DNA of 63,965 nucleotides, counting the filler, from Lenisia limosa (Eukaryota; Protista; Breviatea): assembly GCA_001655205.1 (NCBI GenBank). It is 10 parts of 10 records of this genome, joined end to end, with 100 filler letters (N's around TTAATTAATTAA, not from the genome) between each part and the next. Parts side by side here need not be neighbours in the genome. Positions count along the whole stretch, not along the records: positions 58,394 to 61,256 come from LPNZ01007294.1; positions 61,357 to 62,567 come from LPNZ01003469.1; positions 62,668 to 63,965 come from LPNZ01004066.1; 7 more parts are not named here. One strand, given 5' to 3'. Each line of letters opens with the position of its first letter. Positions within the stretch are counted from its first letter, which is position 1. Shown one piece after another: positions 58,810-63,965 of this stretch. The notes under the pieces are model-generated. The model saw only the letters and a program-made list of their open reading frames with translations, was not told the origin of the DNA and ran no database searches. The position numbers and the translations under genes are program-made.

Positions 58810-61198
58810 CATCGCTGTCACCTCTCGGAATCGAGGAAGAATTGCCAAGGCCATCACTTGTTGAATGAAATCGTCAAGCTCATCAAGGGGGCAATTTTGA
58901 CGCTAAGGGTGTGTGAGAAATGTGCATAGATAAGGACGGAAAATTTATGAAACAAAGAAAAGCCCAAAATCAACTCTGTTGGCTGACAACACACAAAATT
59001 AATTACACTAAAACAAGCAAAGCCCAGTGTATATGTAGGGTAAGTATTACAGATGAAAATGCGACAAAAATCTACATAAACTAGAAAAAAAGATGAAACA
59101 ATTTATAAACTATAAACAAAAACGAGAGAGAGAAAAAATGAGCAATAAACACCAACATTCAACATACACCCAACCCACTCTTTGTGCCTCGAGGACTGCG
59201 GAAATCCCATTATCTGGGAGGCTCCTTTTCAGAGGTAGTAGGGCCTCGGTTAGCTCGGCATTCAGCTCCCCCTTCGAGCCCCCAGAATCTGGAAAATAAA
59301 AAAAACGGGAACATTATTTTAACAAAGGCAATTATAACAGGGCTTCCCCGTAGTCCGAAAAAGACCAGTAAAGTATCGCTATTTATCGAGACATTAAGTG
59401 TTTTGGGGAGTAGGTGAGCCCAAAGAAACAAACAAAAACAAAAATCTGGAATATTAATAAAGCAGACACTTTGATTGAAAACAATCAGCCACATATTCTG
59501 TCAAAGTATCACCCAAATTCGTTTCAACAAAGTCCCCTCCCCCCAACTCAGGATGGAATAGATCTTGGAAAGCTGCACAGGAGAGAAGTACGAAAGCGCG
59601 TGGCTTGTTGAGTACTTCGTCTGTAACTCCTCGAACGTTTGCGTGGCGAACTGTTCTAACTGGTGTACGAACACGGAAAAGGAGGAGACGTTGAGACAGC
59701 TGAGGGGAGGAGGATGGAGTAAAAATGGAAAATTCAAAAAAGCTCAAAATTAACTCTGTTGGCTGATAACACACGAGGGTTGATAACAACAAAAACAAAC
59801 AAATCCCAGGCNNNNNNNNNNNNNNNNNNNNNNNNNNNNNNNNNNNNNNNNNNNNNNNNNNNNNNNNNNNNNNNNNNNNNNNNNNNNNNNNNNNNNNNNN
59901 NNNNNNNNNNNNCCTAACATTAACATTCACAATTCTCATAATATATCTTGTTAATTCTCATATGATTAGGGCTTCACTTCGGCTCAAAAAAATGACTGAA
60001 TTTCTCGATAAATCCTCGAAAACTGTCGATTTTTTATTGGTATTTTTTGAACCGGAGGCCATACATAATTTACATTATTTGTAGTCCCATATCTGTGCAT
60101 ACGCCTGAGGGAGAGACCAAATGGACTCGTCAGTTTCAGGGTAGATTGGAACCGCGTCCATACTGGCCATTTCAAACCCTGGAGAAAATGGTAAATGAGC
60201 TTCAAAATGGGTATGTCGAAATGGATTCATAAAACAGTCTAACAGCCATTGCTACATAGTACCTTTGGAAATCACATAGTAAAATCGGTCAAGACTTATC
60301 CAACTCATTGCATGTGTGAAAAAAAGGTCAATTAGTTAATATTTGAACACTGGGGAACATTGGTGTCAAAATTGGCAAATAGGTCCCATTTCCCAAAATA
60401 ATACAGAACCACTCCCCTTTCTCAAACAAAATCTCCCCAGATCGCACCATTGCTCTTGATAACGGAATAGCTGTTTAGTTTGGCGAGGGCCGCTTCCGCA
60501 CGGACCATTGAAGTGTACTGGGAAATATGAGTAATATGAGTAATGAGTAATGTAAGCAATATGGGTAATACGGGTAATATGAGGGAGGGGGTGAAAGAGG
60601 AAATTTAGGCAGCTCTTGGATGATCATTTCACCCCTCCAACCCCCTTCAATATAACTATAACCATAAGGGCGGGATAGAGGGTTTCAAATAGTAGATGCA
60701 ATTAATTGAAAAATAATTGCAAAATGTGACGTGTGACACAATGTAAATTTCAAACACTTTAATTTCAACTTTTGTCAATAAATTTCTTCAAAATATTAAT
60801 TGCATGGAGTTGTAGAAAAAGACTCCAGTTCAATCTGGGTGGAGGGAAGAAGCATACTAGGAAAATTGTTAAACAACAAAAAATAAAACAGTCCACCCCC
60901 CCCCCCCCNNNNNNNNNNNNNNNNNNNNNNNNNNNNNNNNNNNNNNNNNNNNNNNNNNNNNNNNNNNNNNNNNNNNNNNNNNNNNNNNNNNNNNNNNNNN
61001 TTCCTTCAAAAAAAATCCAAAATAATTCGCCTCCGCACCAGTTCCTCGACTCCTCTCGCGACGTCATAGCCCTCATTGCCCTGAAGCTCTTGGATGATCA
61101 TTTCGGACGACAGGTTCTTGACCTTGTCAGCCTCAATGGGTGATTTGCCCTCAGGTATCAAGACGACTTGAACAGTACTGCCCATCTTCATGTACACG
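58810..61198 (-). CDS. Internal exons of a large unidentified protein
   Basis: Six GT-AG bounded open exons, e.g. VYMKMGSTVQVVLIPEGKSPIEADKVKNLSSEMIIQEL, FEELQTKYSTSHALSYFSPVQL, CPLDELDDFIQQVMALAILPRFRE. Confidence 0.45.
59969..60060. mobile_element. MITE family A copy, right TIR degenerate
   Basis: TA-GGGCTTCACTTCGGCTCAAAAAAATGACTGAATTTCTCGATAAATCCTCG...TTTTGAACCGGAGGCC. Confidence 0.75.
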
Positions 61199-61256
61199 CT
61201 GGAGGGGGGTTGGGGTATATTGAACATTTATGAAACGCCCAAATCAACTCTGTTGG

Positions 61257-61356
61257 NNNNNNNNNNNNNNNNNNNNNNNNNNNNNNNNNNNNNNNNNNNN
61301 TTAATTAATTAANNNNNNNNNNNNNNNNNNNNNNNNNNNNNNNNNNNNNNNNNNNN
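61257..61356. other. Artificial contig-joining spacer 8
   Basis: Same 100-nt linker. Confidence 0.97.
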
Positions 61357-61639
61357 CGCGTGAGAATAGTGTCTCATCAGAAGCCCCCTCCCAAGGAAGC
61401 CGTACATCGCAGGATTCATGTAGGTACCTTGACTATTCTACTATTCGAAAATAATGGAAATGTTCAGTTTGGTTGATAAATCCTCGATAAATGCAAATTT
61501 TCTTTGGTCTGAAATTTTTGATGTTATTACCTAACCCGTCTCAAAATCAGATATATACTACATGTATATATGTATCTATTTTATTTCTTATATACTATAT
61601 TATCATTATATATTTGTGTATGTGGATAGCTAATATAAT

Positions 61640-62200
61640 TTATTTCATTATCCTCCTGCAGTTGGAGACATGTCTCTCTATTCCTCCGGTCAGTTCTCAA
61701 CTGAGTCTCAAAAATCGTCGATTGCAGCTGCCGAGGTGGGAAGGTTCTTTGGGCATTTTTCATTTTGAAAATGCAAAAAGCATCATTTTTAAGATAAATA
61801 TAAAGAATCTCAAGCCTGTTTGCTACCGCATTAGGAACCTTTGGTCTTTGACTTACCATATTAGGAAACTTTGGCCTTTGACTTACCATATTAGGAAGCT
61901 TTGACTCTTTTGCGCACTCCATCCCCTGACGCCTCCACCATACCCTTAGGATCCACAATGCCCGANNNNNNNNNNNNNNNNNNNNNNNNNNNNNNNNNNN
62001 NNNNNNNNNNNNNNNNNNNNNNNNNNNNNNNNNNNNNNNNNNNNNNNNNNNNNNNNNNNNNNNNNNNNNNNNNNNNNNNNNNNNNNNNNNNNNNNNNNNN
62101 NNNNNNNNNNNNNNNNNNNNNNNNNNNNNNNNNNNNNNNNNNNNNTCGATCCCATCGGAATCGTGCCGCTTCCATCTTGGACTGATGGTATGAGGCGGGA
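61640..62200 (-). CDS. Exon fragments of an unidentified gene
   Basis: Short open segments (SKMEAARFRWDR; GIVDPKGMVEASGDGVRKR) between gaps. Confidence 0.25.
61831..61905. repeat. 30-nt tandem repeat, about 2.5 units
   Basis: TTAGGAAMYTTTGGYCTTTGACTTACCATA repeated. Confidence 0.85.
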
Positions 62201-62221
62201 GGGGATCTGGATATTATAATA

Positions 62222-62304
62222 GGGCTTCCCTTCGGTTCGAAAAAGACTGAATTTCTCAATAAATCCTAAAACTATCGATATTTTCCAGAACCGAAATGAA
62301 GCCT
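62222..62304. mobile_element. MITE family A copy
   Basis: TA-GGGCTTCCCTTCGGTTCGAAAAAGACTGAATTTCTC...AACCGAAATGAAGCCT-TA. Confidence 0.8.
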
Positions 62305-62567
62305 TAGTTATTATAATTGGTGATCGTCGGCTGGAGGGTATACTATTTTGAAGCGTTAGTCCATTATTTCCCTTTGCACTGTCACTTGCTCATGTTTGTT
62401 TTTTCTTGTTTTTTTTTTTTTTGTTTGTCTGAAGTTTCAGATTAATATTCGGTTCGTGATTAGTACCTTTTCGCCAACTTTCTTCATCGATATTGTCTTC
62501 GTTTTACTGAGTGATGAGTTTTGGTGCTGCAGAAGCGACTGGTCTGGGCTTTGTTTTTTTTTTAATC

Positions 62568-62667
62568 NNNNNNNNNNNNNNNNNNNNNNNNNNNNNNNNN
62601 NNNNNNNNNNNTTAATTAATTAANNNNNNNNNNNNNNNNNNNNNNNNNNNNNNNNNNNNNNNNNNNN
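62568..62667. other. Artificial contig-joining spacer 9
   Basis: Same 100-nt linker. Confidence 0.97.
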
Positions 62668-62949
62668 ACAAAACAAACAAAGCCCAAGACAGTCGCTTCT
62701 ACAACACCGCATCCCATCGGTAAGGTGATATGTGGAAGGGAGGGAGGGATATGAAATGTAGGTATATCAGGAGCGTTATATGGGGATATTCACTGGGGGA
62801 GTGGGTGGAACTGAGAGTTACAAACGAGATAAACGCAGCACAGAATCCAATGAAACACCCAATGCACCGACAAGAAAAAAGCATGGTGATAAGGAATAAT
62901 ATGAAATTTGAGTGTGTCTGAATTTGTTTATCAAATCATTTGCCTTGCA

Positions 62950-63814
62950 ACTATCTCTATCTGCTACTTGCTTGATTAAAAAATCAGTATAAAAGGATGA
63001 AATCAAGCCACCTACCTTGGCAGTTTTATCAGTGGCGTTACATGCTTGTTTGTTAACCGTAGTTTGCGTTAAATACAGCTGAAGGATAAAAAGAATAATA
63101 AATGAAAGAACCAAAATCGATCTGTAACAACTCATTGTGCACTTGTGCCCTACCGAACAGCAGGGAAATTGGAATGCCCCCNNNNNNNNNNNNNNNNNNN
63201 NNNNNNNNNNNNNNNNNNNNNNNNNNNNNNNNNNNNNNNNNNNNNNNNNNNNNNNNNNNNNNNNNNNNNNNNNNNNNNNNNNNCGGTGGCGGAGGTGGCA
63301 CGCGCATCCGTACTACACGTGATTAGATGTCAAAGATACAGAACGCTAATGAGAGATTTCGTATCTTTATTGACAAACGTCTAACATTTGCTCGAGTGAA
63401 GGTAGGCGCAAAAAGCCCATCAGGTTAAATGACATTCAATGTGTGTAATAGCCCCACCAACCCTTTATCCATATAGGCTTGGACTTCATCAATCGTGTTC
63501 ACTTGAAACCTAAAAACGTAAGCATTTTTCAGTTCATATTACTGGAAATTTCTCAGCCGCTCAGACCCATACCTTCTCCCCAGTGTGGAATCATGTGAAT
63601 AAATTACCCTAGTTACAAGGGTTTTAAGTAAGGATTCACTTTGGTTCGAAAAAACCCGGGAAAATATCGATGGTTTTCGGATTTATCGACAAATTCAGTC
63701 TTTTTTTCTAACCGAAGTGAAGCCCTATTTCCAAGACCACATCCCCCATCCCCACGAAGTCAATCGATCCACAAAAGGGCCAGTTTTCGGATGCTCTCGA
63801 ACTTTCAGAGGAGC
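62950..63814 (-). CDS. Kinesin-3 family motor domain, internal fragment
   Basis: LKVREHPKTGPFVDRLTS|FQVNTIDEVQAYMDKG..ARATSAT..LYLTQT..DKTAK; VREHPxxGP[YF]V is the kinesin-3 (KIF1/Unc-104) signature. Confidence 0.8.
63631..63725. mobile_element. MITE family A copy, in a kinesin intron
   Basis: TA-AGGATTCACTTTGGTTCGAAAAAA...AACCGAAGTGAAGCCC-TA, 95 nt. Confidence 0.8.
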
Positions 63815-63965
63815 CTGAAGCAGATGAGATCGCAAGTCGTGTGTGATAACAATGTGACAGTGATCAAATTACATAGGATTAAAATAACCAAGTTACATAT
63901 TTTTGCATTTTCTCCAGAATTTCCCAGTATTTCGACACGTCATCTTATGCTCCAAAATAAACCCC

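Noticed and set aside
59540-59700. RNF213-like giant AAA+/E3 fragment (LSYFSPVQL)
   Set aside because: Resemblance rests on one short motif recalled from memory; no AAA or RING sequence is visible.
1-63965. Alternative genetic code (UGA reassigned)
   Set aside because: Confidently placed stops are all TAA or TAG, but the sample is only about 11 genes, conserved Trp positions use TGG, and no TGA was seen inside a conserved domain.

Overview
Eukaryotic nuclear DNA from an intron-dense, gene-dense, AT-rich flagellated protist; the lineage cannot be fixed from sequence alone. The window is not one locus. Nine identical 100-nt artificial spacers (N44-TTAATTAATTAA-N44) join ten separate scaffolds: 1-27553, 27654-46444, 46545-51055, then seven pieces of about 1-3 kb. 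Other N runs are internal gaps, mostly next to poly-G/C. The ORF track is largely uninformative because genes are broken by many GT-AG introns, mostly 30-70 nt. All gene models were spliced and translated by eye, so boundaries are approximate. Recognisable genes: CFAP418/C8orf37, a membrane-anchored DCR2/PAP29-type metallophosphoesterase, a CEP135/Bld10-like protein with tandemly amplified exon pairs, a small PH-like protein, ATG7, a kelch protein, a large protein with a degenerate SET-like domain, CDK7-like kinase, PRPP synthetase, WDR55, a Rad21/Rec8 kleisin (Rec8-like), UBE2G2/Ubc7, tRNA-Ser(UGA), a predicted myristoylated KH-KH-DUF1771-Smr protein, a STE20/PAK-like kinase, POLD3, CC2D2A and a kinesin-3. 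The most interesting observations are: (1) a dispersed repeat family whose 3' end runs into the splice acceptor of introns in many unrelated genes; (2) two TA-flanked MITE families with no transposase in view; (3) the KH-Smr nuclease architecture; (4) the CEP135 exon amplification; (5) signs of local compaction (17-46 nt gene spacers, candidate 19-21 nt introns, possibly overlapping divergent start codons).
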